This document shows positions 41,991-56,989 of a stretch of 64,000 nucleotides of DNA, piece after piece (positions within the stretch are counted from its first letter, which is position 1; every line of letters starts with the position of its first letter). Position numbers and translations under genes: made by a program. The notes under the pieces are model-generated. The model worked only from the letters and a program-made list of their open reading frames with translations, made no database searches and had not been told where the DNA came from. Source of the DNA: the human T2T-CHM13v2.0 reference genome, Homo sapiens; assembly GCF_009914755.1 (NCBI RefSeq), contig NC_060932.1. The stretch is one strand, 5' to 3'.

Positions 41991-43815
41991 TCAAGTCAAA
42001 GAGTCCAGAGAGGTGTTGGGGAGGTCGGATCATGCATAGCTTTGCAGGCCAGTGTAAAGTTCAAGTCTAATCTTTGTCATTAGCTGCTGTGTGACCTTGG
42101 GTACATCCCTTCCCCTCTGTGGGTGTAGTTTCTTCATAGGCAAGTGAGAGACTGGACTAGTAGTTCTTACCCCTACAACATCTGCTTTAAAAAACACCCA
42201 TGCCCAGGCCCCACTCCAGTGATTTGAATCAGAAACTCTGGAGCTGGGGCCTGAGCATCGTGTGTGTTCCAAGCTCCCCCGTTTGACTCTGTGAGCAGCG
42301 GGAAGTGAAACACTGGAGGAGTGGGAAGGTTTGAAGGGCAGCAGGGGTGGAACCAACCTCTCTATCCTCTCCGTCCATCTCTGCCTCTTGCCTAGCCTTC
42401 TAGCAGCGTCAGCCTGTAGCCTGTCCCACACCAAACACCCGAATCTGCAGAAAGAGCAAATCAGCCCTGTCCCCTTCTTCCTTTTTACAGACCCCCACAG
42501 CCAGAGGGCAAGAGGCAGGGGTGACCCTAGGCCCTGGGAGATTTTGTTTATGGTGCATATTTCACTTCTACAGGATCCTCACAGCTGTGATCTTGCCTCA
42601 TCGCAGTTGCCAACACTGAGGGGCTGCCTTCACCCCATTTGCTAATTCCCCAAGTTCCTCTTTCGGGCATGTTCCTGTCCCTCCGTGTTCCCGTGGCCGC
42701 GTGGAAATGGACCGAGGCCCACAGGGTGACTCAGAGGGGAAGCCCCTGCGCTGCGAGGCTCCCAGCAGCTCCTGGATTGCGTAAGGGCTATTTTTGAGGA
42801 GATTGCAGACGATCTGATGAATCATAGCAAACACACATGGCTCCGGCGGGGGACAGCCCTTCCTCATGTTGCTGTGGAAAGTGGAGCTTCTCAAAATGAA
42901 TCAGCAGAGCCTGAACCCCAGGTCTGTGGGAGGAGGATGAGGGTGTGAATTACACATTTCCAAAGTATTGGGGTGCGGTCGCCTGGACCTGGGAGCGGGG
43001 GCTGCAGGGACCCAAGTCTTTGGTTTTCTCAGTGACTCAAAGATCCTCTCTCACCCACCTGAGCCTGCCATTTGGAATCTCCTGACCCTCCATCAGTCTA
43101 GAGCAATCACTTGCACTTCCTGGGGTCCAGGGAGAAAGTTAGGGTGGGCGCAGCCTAGTGTAACTGCTTTCAAGTGGTGGCACACAGGGTCTGAATCCAG
43201 AAATCCAGAGGCCACCCCTTCTCTGGGTTGCCCATATGAGAAATTCCTGACCACGAGGAAAAGGCTCAAATTACACCTGCTAGGGGTAGGGGAGGCCCCC
43301 CTTGCTCCCCCAAGCTCAGCGGCATGAGAACTAAGGGGGAGAGTGGAAGGGTGGTTGGGAGTCGTCAGGCTTTAGAATCGGACAGTATTGGATTTGAGGC
43401 CCCAAACCAAAACCACAGCTTGGAAAAAGTCCTAGGACATAGCTGAGCCTCAGTTTTCTGATTTGTCAAATCAGGTAATAATATCTAAACACACGAGGAT
43501 TACCCAAGGCAGCCGGATATAATGTAAAGAACCCCCACTCTGCAGCCGGGGGCCTAGACCTCGGTCTGTTAATGATCAGCTGTGTGTTCTTGGGCAGGTC
43601 ACTGAACTGTTCTGTACCCCAGTTTTCTCCTCTTTAAATGAGGATAATAGTGCCTTCTCATAGAGTTGATTAATAAGCTAATAGATGCAAAATTAAAGGA
43701 AGAGTGCCTGGTGTATAATGCATGCTTGGTAAGTGCTAGCTATTGTTATGTGAAGTGAGCATCATAGCAAGGTATGGTAGATTTATTACAGTCAGAGCTC
43801 AGGAAAAAGTAGTTG

Positions 43816-43816
<1 letters not shown>

Positions 43817-43846
<30 letters not shown>

Positions 43847-43860
43847 TCATCATCAATCAT
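43817..43860. repeat. (CAT)n microsatellite
   Basis: catcatcat run read directly. Confidence 0.9.
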
Positions 43861-44604
43861 TGTCATTATTTTTTCTAGAGAACTGAAGTAGATTTGGATA
43901 AAAGCTGGGGGGCCTCAAAGGGCACTGGAGAGAGGAAAACCTGAAGTCACTGTCGATGTCAGACTTTGGGTTTCCTTCATAATGTTGCTTAGTTTGGCCC
44001 AAAGCAGAGGGAGATTTTGCGATTAGCTGGACAGCAGGAGAAAGACAAGGGGGACAGTCTGTCTTGGAGAAGACTGAAGTTCCAGGGTGTCCTATTTATG
44101 TCTCTGCAAAGATGGAATGACCTTTAGGATTGCCCAATTCATAGTGTGCAGAGAGGACACGGAGGATGCACCAGCAGAGAGCCTGGACCCATGGCAGCAT
44201 CAGGTATTGAAGCTGAGAGATGAGAGTTTCCATACACACCCTGCTCAGAATAACATGCTCTGTTGGGTAATGGTTAAAAATTCAAGAGATTTTCTGTGGC
44301 TACTGCTGTTGGTGAACCTGCTCCCTTACAGACAGGCTGTTGGGATTCTAGGTTCTGGCTGGTATCTCTTCTATGCATAAGCCTTACAGCTGAGTTTAAA
44401 GTTAACCTATTTCTATAACCAGGATGTGGTAATACCGTGCTTCTCACTCCTGGCTGCAAATATGAATCACATAGAAAGCTTTTAAAAATAATGGTGCTTG
44501 GGCCCCACCCCAGGCCAATTGAATCTGAATATCTATGGGTAGACCTGAGCATTATGTGGCATAAAAGCTCCCCAGATGTTTCCAGTCTTCTTCTCTGAAC
44601 TGAG

Positions 44605-45344
<740 letters not shown>

Positions 45345-46309
45345 TGAAACTTATGTTCTTATGTGGGGAAGACAGAGAATAAGCCAAATATATATAAATA
45401 TTCATGGTAGAGATCAGAAAAATAAATCAGGGAAGGGGATGTGAGAGTGATGGGTCATCAAGGATGGTGATATTTGACCAGAGACTTGAATGAAGTGAAA
45501 GACCTACCATATAGATATGTGAGGTAGAACATTCCAGAAAGGGAAGCAATTATCAAGACCCTGAGGAGTGAATGTGGAGCACATTCCCTTTCAGTGCACG
45601 CCATTCTACTCCATGTTACCCATTACAGTGTATCCTATAAATATCATCCACCCAATTCCAGTCCTAACTAGTTTCTTTGGACTTGGCTTAGCCAACTGCG
45701 TTACTGGCCTAATATTGGGTAAGAGGTGGAGATACAATAAATGCTAATTCAGAGTATTGCTGATGGAAATAGTGCTGTCTCAGTTTGGCTCAGCTCAAAT
45801 CTGGATGGGCGTTCTGCCTGACAACCATGTGTTAAAACCATGTGCAGGTTTAGAGAGAAATTAGGAAGTAGTCTCAGATATATTTCCCCATGTGTAGCTC
45901 TGTTGATCTCATGGATCTTTTGTTTCATTATATACTCCAAATTCAAGGTCAGTGGACATCAGAAACCCAGCAGAATTCAAAATATGTGTCGCGTCTCCTT
46001 ACCTGCCACAGTGTCTGTAATTGCCTTATTTGGGTCACTCAGTGAGAGGTCTTCCAGAGATGAGCCTATTAAACAAGGTTCAGGTGTTCTGTTATCTATT
46101 AGGATCCCTGAGGATCTTGCACAGACTGAGATCTTGAAGGAATAGGACGTGGGGCAGGCAAAGTTTGATTGAAGAGAAGAGGGAACTAATAGGATAAGAT
46201 CTGGGACCATTGTGTCTCAGGATGGCATGAGGGCACTGAGGTCGTGGAGATGGGGCTGGCAGGGAAGGCCAAGGCCACAGATGGCTCTGTCATATTCTAC
46301 TGAGGCCTG

Positions 46310-46865
46310 GTGTGGCAGTCTTGAGACAAGTCTGCAAATTCATTGACACTTCTCCCATTGACAGGAGAGATCTATGTCTCCTCCCCTTGAATCTGAGCTG
46401 GCCTTAGTGACTCTCTCGTGAGCAGTAGAATCAGCAGAGGTTTTGCTCCATGATCCCTAGTCTGGGTCATAAAAGCCCGTGGAGCCTCTGCTTGATTCTC
46501 TTGGGTCACTCACTCTGGAGGAAGCCAGCCAACTTGCATGGAGTTCAGTAACCCCAAGACTACCATGCTGGAGAGGCACATCTAAACACCTAGCCAAGAG
46601 CCAGCCTCAGCTGCCAGCCATCTTGGACTGAGATTTCACGTGACTGAGCAAATCTAGATGTCCAGCCCAACTGAGGCTTCAGATGAGTGTAGCAGCTCTG
46701 ACTGGCATTGATCCAACTTTGTGAGAGGCTCCCAAGCAAGGGCTGCCCATCATGCCCTTTCTGAATTATTGACCTGTAAATTCATGAGCAAGATAGAATG
46801 GTAGTTGGTTGTTTTACACCATTAAATGTTGGAATAATTTATTTCATATCAATAGTAAACAGAAT
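46310..46865 (+). mobile_element. MaLR LTR (MLT1G-like)
   Basis: tgtggcag...cattgacacttctcccattga...ccccttgaatctgagctggccttagtgact...gtagttggttgttttacaccattaa. Confidence 0.75.
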
Positions 46866-48139
46866 ACCTTGGATCCAGCCAGCTCTTGGTAGCTCATATT
46901 TATGGGCCAAACAAATGATTATAGCAATTCAGAATGAGCTGTCCCTGGATAGCTGGAAGAGAGAGAGGGCAAGAAAAAGGATCTCATGGAAAAAAGGGCC
47001 TATAGACTTGAAAATGATTTTAGAGATTATCTTGTCCAAATCCTTCTTTTGAGGGCTGAGGGGAATAACTTGCCCAAGGTCACCGGGATTGTTTGGGAAA
47101 GACCCAGGACTGGGATCCAAGTTCCAACATCTGGACTCCTATTTTCCATCTTCAGTTTTTCTTGGCCAATACAGGACTATGGGAATAAGGGGGTGGTAGG
47201 GCAATTAATTTGGATTTTCCTGGGATGGGTTTGGATTCATAAAGTTAAATGTCATTCTGGATCTCCCTGGAAATTACTCTTTTTGGAATTCCTTGCCTAG
47301 AATGTCCTCCTTCTGTCCCTTCCTGTATGTCTGGATTCTCCCCAGGCCATCTTCTTTTTGATGTATTAAATGATTTAATCCATATGTATCTATAAGGCAC
47401 TTCTTACATGCCCAGGGCTGTAGTGAGCCCTGGGGTTCCTTTGCTGAGCAAGGTAGACTTGCATCCTGCCGTCGGGCACTACCTTGATCTCCACAGTTAG
47501 AAGGAACAGCTTTCATCTTTGGACTCTAGTTCTGTTGTCTTTGCTCTGTGTAGGACACCACCCGTTTATATACTAATTGGATTTATGACTCATTTCTGGA
47601 ATCTAAGCTCCTCCAGGGCAGGATTAGTGCCCAATTCATGGATGTCTCTTCTAAAGCGTGTGGCTCAGCACCTGACCCAGCTGCTCTGGCTCCTTTGTAA
47701 GGTAGTGAGCTCTGTGTTGCTGTCAGCCATTGGCAGGGAAGGATACATGTGTGATGGGTTAGGGGTGGAGAAGATGAGGGTTTTAGAGGCTTAGACAAGG
47801 GATCCTCATTCCTTCCGCTGAGAGTCTCAGTTTCTCATGTGACATCATATCAACCTCTGCCTTTTACTGACTGCTCGCTATGCCCAGCTGTGATGCTTTG
47901 GGCTTTATATATGTTTAATCCTCACATCCACCTTCTCCAGCAGGCGGGATTAAAACCTCTAGGTTACAGACCGAGAATCAGAGGCTGAGGGCCCTGCTTA
48001 AAGGCACTCAGCTTGGAAGTAGCAGAATCTGAATTCAAACCCAAGTAGATTTCTATGCCCCTATTTTTCAAAATGGAGATTGTTAACTATTGGGTTATGA
48101 AAGCAATTAGTAGATCATGATCATTTTAAAGTGAATAGA

Positions 48140-48717
<578 letters not shown>

Positions 48718-48787
48718 GAATAGACTGGAAAAGAGTGCATTACTTGTGGCAAACTGTAAAGATTGGTTTCTGAAAAATTTGGTTCAT

Positions 48788-48930
48788 GTATACACACACA
48801 CACACATACACACACACACACACATCCTGGATTCATATAGTTGCACACACACAGACACACACACATACACACACACACACCTTGGATTCATATATTTGCA
48901 CACACATGCATATATACATGCACATATATA
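48788..48930. repeat. Compound (CA)n/(TA)n microsatellite
   Basis: CA runs punctuated by repeated tggattcatata spacers. Confidence 0.9.
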
Positions 48931-49361
48931 AAGGTGTTCTGTGTCACCATGTAAAATACATTTCATGGCCAAAAGTGGTTTGAAAACCACTCTTCTAGGC
49001 TGTACTGCTCCAAACTCACCAACTATAAATAACATTTTATTAAGTGCTAGGATATGCTGGGAATCCTCTTGAAGCAGAATAGTTTCTTCTGTGGAAGCAA
49101 AGTCACTTTGACAAATGGCCACGCCCTCACCCTTCCTGGCTACACTCCATTCCCACCCCCTAGCTGCCTCATCTGCTTCCCAGGGAGGCTGCAGTAGAAA
49201 CCAGTGGGCTGGATTTGCAGTGCTTTCCCCAGAATGTCCTGTCTGGACAGCCCTCACTGAGCAGTGTGGTAGGATGAGGTATGATGGGGACACCTTGTCA
49301 GGCCTCTGGGAATTCTGGGCCAGCAACCCCACACCTGCCCCACACTGCCAGGCAGCAGTGA

Positions 49362-49725
<364 letters not shown>

Positions 49726-50689
49726 TGAAGTGCAAACACATGGACGTGTTTCTTCAACTGCAGGGCAGGTGCTTGTAAGAGGAGCCACAGGAGGAAGGAG
49801 GAGAGGAGAAGAGAAGAGAGGGAGGGAGGGAGGGGAGGGAAGGGGAGAGGAGAGTAGGGGAGAAGAGATGGTGCCTTTGCCCTTTCTCTGCATTTTCAAG
49901 TTGAGGGCCACAGAGCAGTCAAGAGTCTACTGATTTTATAGTTGGGGTAACTGAGGCCCAGAGAGGGGAAGGACTTTCCTGGACAACCCCAGCCTGGCAT
50001 GTGGCCTTCATCTCCCTTCTCCCCAAATCTGCAGGCTGAGCTGGGCCACATCCTGGGGATTGAAGCCCTCAGGGCTGTCTTCAGGGACTTGGCCCTGTCA
50101 TCCTTGTTGCTAGTCTGGCCCTGGCTATCCTGAGCTCTGGCACTGGGATCCTGTTGTCCTGCGCTCCTCTGAGCACCTCGGTCTTGCCTTGTTCTTCCAC
50201 TTCCGTTTGGGGCCAGAGTCCTATTCAAATATTAAACAAGCCATTTGGCACAGGTAGTGACCAATTAGAATGAACACTGGCCAAATCCTAGAGTTCCCCT
50301 TCTGCGGTACGCACTGGCCCTTTGAATGCTAAAGGTGGGTGGTCTGGGGGTGCTGGGGAGGGGACAGAGTGGCTGGGATGGACGGTGCCTTTGCCAGGCT
50401 TGGGACAGTGGCAACTAGCCACTTAGGTATGAGAGTATGTCATTATTTTAACACCTTTACAGGTGCGTATTGGTTGAATATCAGCCTGCATCTCATCCTT
50501 AAATCCACATCCCTGAACCGACATGAGGTCTTGGCATCTGATCACAACCTCCGTGATGCCACCTGCCATTGTAGATTTCCAACGATCACCCCCATCAGAT
50601 TCTCTATTGCCAGCTTTGCCTGAAGAGGGAAGGAGGAGGGGGTCTGTGCTTGTCACACGATGTCTTAGTGCCAGGCCTCGCGGTAGGGA

Positions 50690-51055
50690 GGTGGTTAGTC
50701 TCCTAGGGCTGCAGAGGATCACAGGCTGGGTGGTTTAAACAGCCATGCATTCTCTCACGATTCTGGAGGCGAGAAGTCTGAGAGTGCCTTTCTCCTAGTT
50801 CCTGGTGGTTTGCTGGAAATCTTTCGCATCCCTGGCTTGTGGACGCATCATCCTCTCTGCCCTCATCTTCACATGGTGCTCTCTTCGTGTCTTCTCTGTG
50901 TTCGCTTGGCCCCCTTTTAAAAGGATACTGGGGCCCATGCCAATGACCTCATCTCAACTTAATTATCAACAAAGACCCAAATTTCCCTATTTCACAGTCA
51001 CAGGTACTGGGGATAGACCTCCAATATCTTCTGGGGGCATATGATTTAGCCCATA
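50690..51055 (-). mobile_element. MaLR LTR (MLT1A-C-like)
   Basis: gttagtctcctagggctgc...attctctcacgattctggaggc...atgacctcatctcaacttaatta...ttcacagtcacaggtactgggg. Confidence 0.75.
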
Positions 51056-51132
51056 TCAGGAAGATTTACTCATAATATCTTCTTGTGAACTCTGAGTATG
51101 AGATTTTTTTGATTAAAGATTATAACTGCATG

Positions 51133-51473
51133 TTCCTCCTTTCCTCCCTCCCTTCCTTCCTTCCTCCCTTCCTTCCCCTTCCTAATCCCTCCTTCCTCCC
51201 GTCCTTCCCCTTCCTAACTTCCTAATCCCTCCCTTCCTTCCTTCCTTCCTTCCTTCCTTCCTTCCTTCCTTCCTTCCTTCCTTCCTTCTTTTCCTTCCAG
51301 CCTTCCTTCCTGCCTTCCTTCCCAGCCTGGGCAACATGGCAAAACCCCATCTCTACCAAGATTATAACTTTCTCCCTCGCTTGCTTCCTTCCTTCCTCCC
51401 TCCCTCGCTCCTTCCCTACCTCCCTCCCTCTCTTCCTTCCTTCCTTCCTTCCTTCTTCCCTCCCTTCCTCTTC
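51133..51473. repeat. (CCTT)n polypyrimidine tract containing a 35-bp Alu fragment
   Basis: cctt runs interrupted at 51322-51356 by ccagcctgggcaacatggcaaaaccccatctctac. Confidence 0.9.
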
Positions 51474-52239
51474 CAGAATATATTTTATTCAGATGACACA
51501 TTTTATAGCAATCTTATAGATTAAACATGAGAAGGCTGATTTTCGCTGGTTGAAGAGGGATAGGAACCCCTAAGGTTTCACGAAACACATTTTGGGAACC
51601 ACTGAGTAAGCTTCTCTCAGGTCTCCCTCTAGCTCAGGCATTCCATGGATCCTTCTCACCCTGGTTTTGGCTCGAACCCAGGTCTATATGGTCTTATTTA
51701 TTTTAGGTCCAGTTCTGCTTGTGACTTGTTCATGTGCCTTGCCAAGGGCTGTCCAGGAAAAGGATCCCCACTGCTTTCATCCCTGAAGTTCTGGCTCAGA
51801 ATGGGCTGAAAGAGGGAGCCAGCAGGGCCCTTGCCAAAGTGTTTCCAGTCAGAATAGGAATCGTGGATCTCTTCCATAACTCTGTCCTTTGTTTTGTCTG
51901 CAGAAGCCTAAGTTGTCTTAGTTTGGAAAACTCAGTGTCCTCCCTTCTTGCATGGAGCTATGGTGTGTGGAAATTCCAAACTGTAGCTTAGTTGCCTTGC
52001 CCTGAAACTTGTCTCCTCTGGAGATACAGGGCTGGGGGCAAGGCTGAGCGAGAAGAATCTGTCTTGGTCAATCCTGGTGCTCTGGAAGAAAACCTTGTGT
52101 GATGGTCATCTCTAGTTGGTAATCTGATATAAGTTGAGTTGCCGACAGAACCCAGCTGAGGAGAATGACTGGTCTAATCCCAGCATGGCTTTCCTGCTCC
52201 CTTTGCTAGGTGTGTGATTTCCCAGCTTCCCTTGGAGAA

Positions 52240-52945
<706 letters not shown>

Positions 52946-53887
52946 TAAAGGGGGCTTTGATTTTTGATAGAAGAGATAGAGGAAGCTGGCACCCCTGTTT
53001 TCCACCAGATGCAATGACCATCTTATGACCATGAGGCAGCAGGCATGATGGTCCCATCCATATTAAGCTTGGCAGAGCAGAAAGATAGAATGATCCAGGG
53101 TTCTGACAGCATCTATAAGCAGCTGGGTCACTGCAGCAACCACCTACCTTTGGACTTCTTATATGAAAAAAACGTACTCTCATTTAAGTCTTTGTTGATT
53201 GAGTTCTGTTACTTTCACCCAAAAGCCTTCCTAAAAGTAAATTGCTTCCTCTTGCGGAATCTCAGATACCTGATCTATCAAACCAGTGGGATGGATTAAA
53301 TCATGTCTAAGGTCCCAGCTCATGATGGGCACTTCCAGCTACATAGTCATGTGATATTCTTTAGTCAAGTGCTCTATTTCTATTAGGGTCCAGTGGCACA
53401 CCAGGAGCTGCAGATATCGTGGCTTTATGACAAAAACCCATGAGTGCACATTGTGATTCTTCTACTGAGGCTTGCCATAAACTCCTCACAGCATCTTTCC
53501 CCCTTCAGACTTACCTGTAAGACCATGGGTTTTAACTGGGCTTATGGCTCCAGTACTGGGGGTTACTTATACCATAACCAGGATCTACTGCATACCTTTT
53601 TCTGCACTAGGCTTCATTCAAAGCTGGCAGTCTTCTGTGTCACTTGGTAATTGGCATGGATTATTACTACAGTGTGTGAAATATGCTAAATCCAGAACCC
53701 AAAGAGGCTTACCAGGTATTGTGCTTTTTCCTTTGTGGTAGGAGGTGCAAGATATAATAATTTGCCCTTTACTTTGGAGGGGATATCCTGGCCTTTCCAG
53801 GAATCCATTAAAGCTGATATGGCAGGACCCTGAATCTTCACTCTCATCCTCTGGAGTGCTTATGTCTTGTCAAGACCTCTAGGGAAA

Positions 53888-54229
<342 letters not shown>

Positions 54230-54406
54230 TCATTACTTACTCATTACTTCCAAGATACTTGCCACTTCTTGCTCATTGCTTGCTGATTAATAGGGTCATG
54301 TTAATAAAGCTGACCAATGCAATGTTTTGTGGAATGTCCAGGTGGTCATTCCAGTGTGGCACTGATGTTTACCATTCCCTCATGATGCAATACTGATTTT
54401 GATTTA

Positions 54407-54485
54407 TTAGGTTGGTGCAAAAGTTATTGTGGTTTTTGCTATTACTTTCAATGCAAAAACTACAATTACTTTTGCACCAATCTAA
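54407..54485. mobile_element. MADE1 mariner (Hsmar1-derived) MITE
   Basis: ttaggttggtgcaaaagt...acttttgcaccaatctaa, 79 bp, near-palindromic, TA dinucleotides on both sides. Confidence 0.95.
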
Positions 54486-55994
54486 TACTATCTTTGTTAG
54501 TGGCGGGTGGGTTGAGGCAGTTTCCCAAGTTTCACCTTCGGAACCCACTCTCCCCACCTTGATAGCTCTTGTCTCATAAGCCATGGGGGTTTTGCCAATT
54601 ACCGAGTATGTTTATTTCAGTTGTATACGAGGAACTGAGGAAAGACTACTGGGTGAGTCCATGGACCTGGCTGTGACCTGGACTGGAGTCTGGACTCCAT
54701 TTGTTACCTGGCCTCCATACACTCCCATTCGAACAAGGGCCAAAATAATATTTTGGATCTCCATGTATCAACTCAGACCATGTATCCACAGTCCTTAACA
54801 TTTCTGACTATGAACAGAATAAAAGCTGGGAGATACTTTGACATGGTTGTGCAGAGTCTTTCTACCTGGAGGTTTGGTCTTTTCTTCAGTCAATGGGTTT
54901 CATGTCTGAAAATAGGTTCAGGTCTAGAAGCTTGGCATGGGATCCTGAGTCTTGGTTTATTTTGACTGCATAGATTGAGCAATTCCCTTGTTAGCTGCCT
55001 GTCTAGCTAGGCTTCAGGAATGTCGTGTTCTATTAATCATCTCCATAGCTGTCTGTGGGTCAGGCCCCCAGCTGCTTTGGTGACTTGGCTGCTCATTACA
55101 ATATTTGCAATCATCTTCCCTTTGATGGTTAAGTGCCATCTGGCATCTATTATTTTGGGATCCTATCATCCCCCTTGCTATCACAGAAGTCTACCAGGCC
55201 CAGTATTTTCTGGCTGGATAATGCTATAACTTGGCTCTAGTTATGGATTTGGCAGTCAGGGGGTAAAGTGGGGTCTAAACTGAGAGGTGAAGGGGGTGTT
55301 TATTTTCATGTAACATAGAAGCTTCTGTATCATTTTTAAGCTAGGAGGGAGTGCTAGTATTTACTAGGAGTCCTGGGACACTTCTGCAGGCTCAGAGAGT
55401 CCTGAGTATCTGGGAGTTTAAGGATTCTTGAGGGCATGAACCCTACTGTCCCTATCCAACAGCTTAGGGCCCCACTTCTTTCTAATCGAAGCCCTAACCT
55501 TGGCATGACAGAATTACCCAGGTTGAGAATTTTCTGGTGCTCTGTTACCCTCATAATTAAGACCTGGGCCTGCTTCTGGGCCTTTTCTGTCCTTTGGATG
55601 CAGGAGAGGGGAACTCTGTACATGCTACCAAAGAGGCCCTCTGACTTTGATGCTTTGCCTTATGCTGGCAATTTCCATTGTCTTTCTGTAGCACGTTAGT
55701 AGCACTCAGCAAGCCACCCCATTTTGTTGTCATTATAGTTAGTACTTCATCCAAACCTCTCAAAAGCCTGAGATATTGCACCCGTTGGTTCATTCCCTTC
55801 CCCAAGTAGTCCATCCCAATTTACCACCAGTGAAAGGCTTCACATTTATGTCACTCTATCACCCCAAGGGCTGTTCATACTCCACCTACCACCATCCTGT
55901 CACCTCAGTGATGTCCGCCAGCCAGTGAGTGGATGATCCAGTTATAAAGTCTCATTTAGTCTGCTCCTTAGACCACCCCACTTCTGATACCAAC

Positions 55995-56436
55995 TGTCTT
56001 AATTCTTGTATCCCAAGAAATAAACTTTGAGACAGAAATCTAGATCCTGGGTACTTACTGGGGAGTGCTTTGGAAACAACACCTGCAAGCGGGTGAAGAA
56101 TCTCAGATTGGCCAGTGGGAGAAGTTGAACTCTGATGCAGAGTTCAACTCTCTGATGCAGTCACAGAAGAGGCCTTAGTCGATTGCATGGGGGACCCTGA
56201 AGCTGAGATGATCCTGCAGAATTCTCTCAGACTGAGGCCTCTGAACTTCTACATTGCTAGTCGTGGGTTGCCAGTGAGGGGACATGACTTTGGGTGAGGC
56301 AGTGCCCTTCAGTGAAGGGCGCTTCCTGGGGAGGGACTGGGCTCTGAGCCGTTAGCAGCCAACACTCCTGGGAGCTGAGCCAGCCTTTGTCCCTAAGGGA
56401 GATTCATCTGGGTAGGGCACCACAGCATCCACTATA
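55995..56436 (-). mobile_element. LTR16-family 5' LTR of the ERVL remnant
   Basis: Ends gggcaccacagcatccactata (reverse of the recalled LTR16 start); directly abuts the PBS. Confidence 0.8.
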
Positions 56437-56437
56437 G

Positions 56438-56625
56438 CAGTGGTTCTCAAAGTGTGGCACTCAAACCAGCAGCATCACCATCACCTGGGAACTCGCAAGA
56501 AATGCAAAGCCTCAGGCTCCACCCCTGACCTACTGAATTAGAAACTCTGAGTATAAGATCCAGCAATCTGTGATTTAACAAACCTTCCCAATTTGATGCG
56601 GCTAAAGTTTGAGGTCCACAGCACT
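56438..56625. mobile_element. MER5A MITE
   Basis: cagtggttctcaaagtgtgg...cagcagcatcaccatcacctgggaact...tactgaattagaaactctg. Confidence 0.85.
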
Positions 56626-56814
56626 ACAGGGAGCAAGATCTAGCAGATGACTCACACAGAAAAATTCTGCCCTAGGCCCATTTCAATATATATTCTCAGA
56701 GCTATGTTTGATTATGGAAAGTATACATATAGTAGTATATATTTATAAATGGTTTCCTTGATCTATTTTTTTAAAAAGCATTCATTTATTTCTTTTTTAA
56801 AATAATTTTAAAAA

Positions 56815-56989
<175 letters not shown>

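Noticed and set aside
41707-42083. Arg/Glu-rich and Ser/Leu-rich ORFs
   Set aside because: Translation of the GA-rich low-complexity tract.
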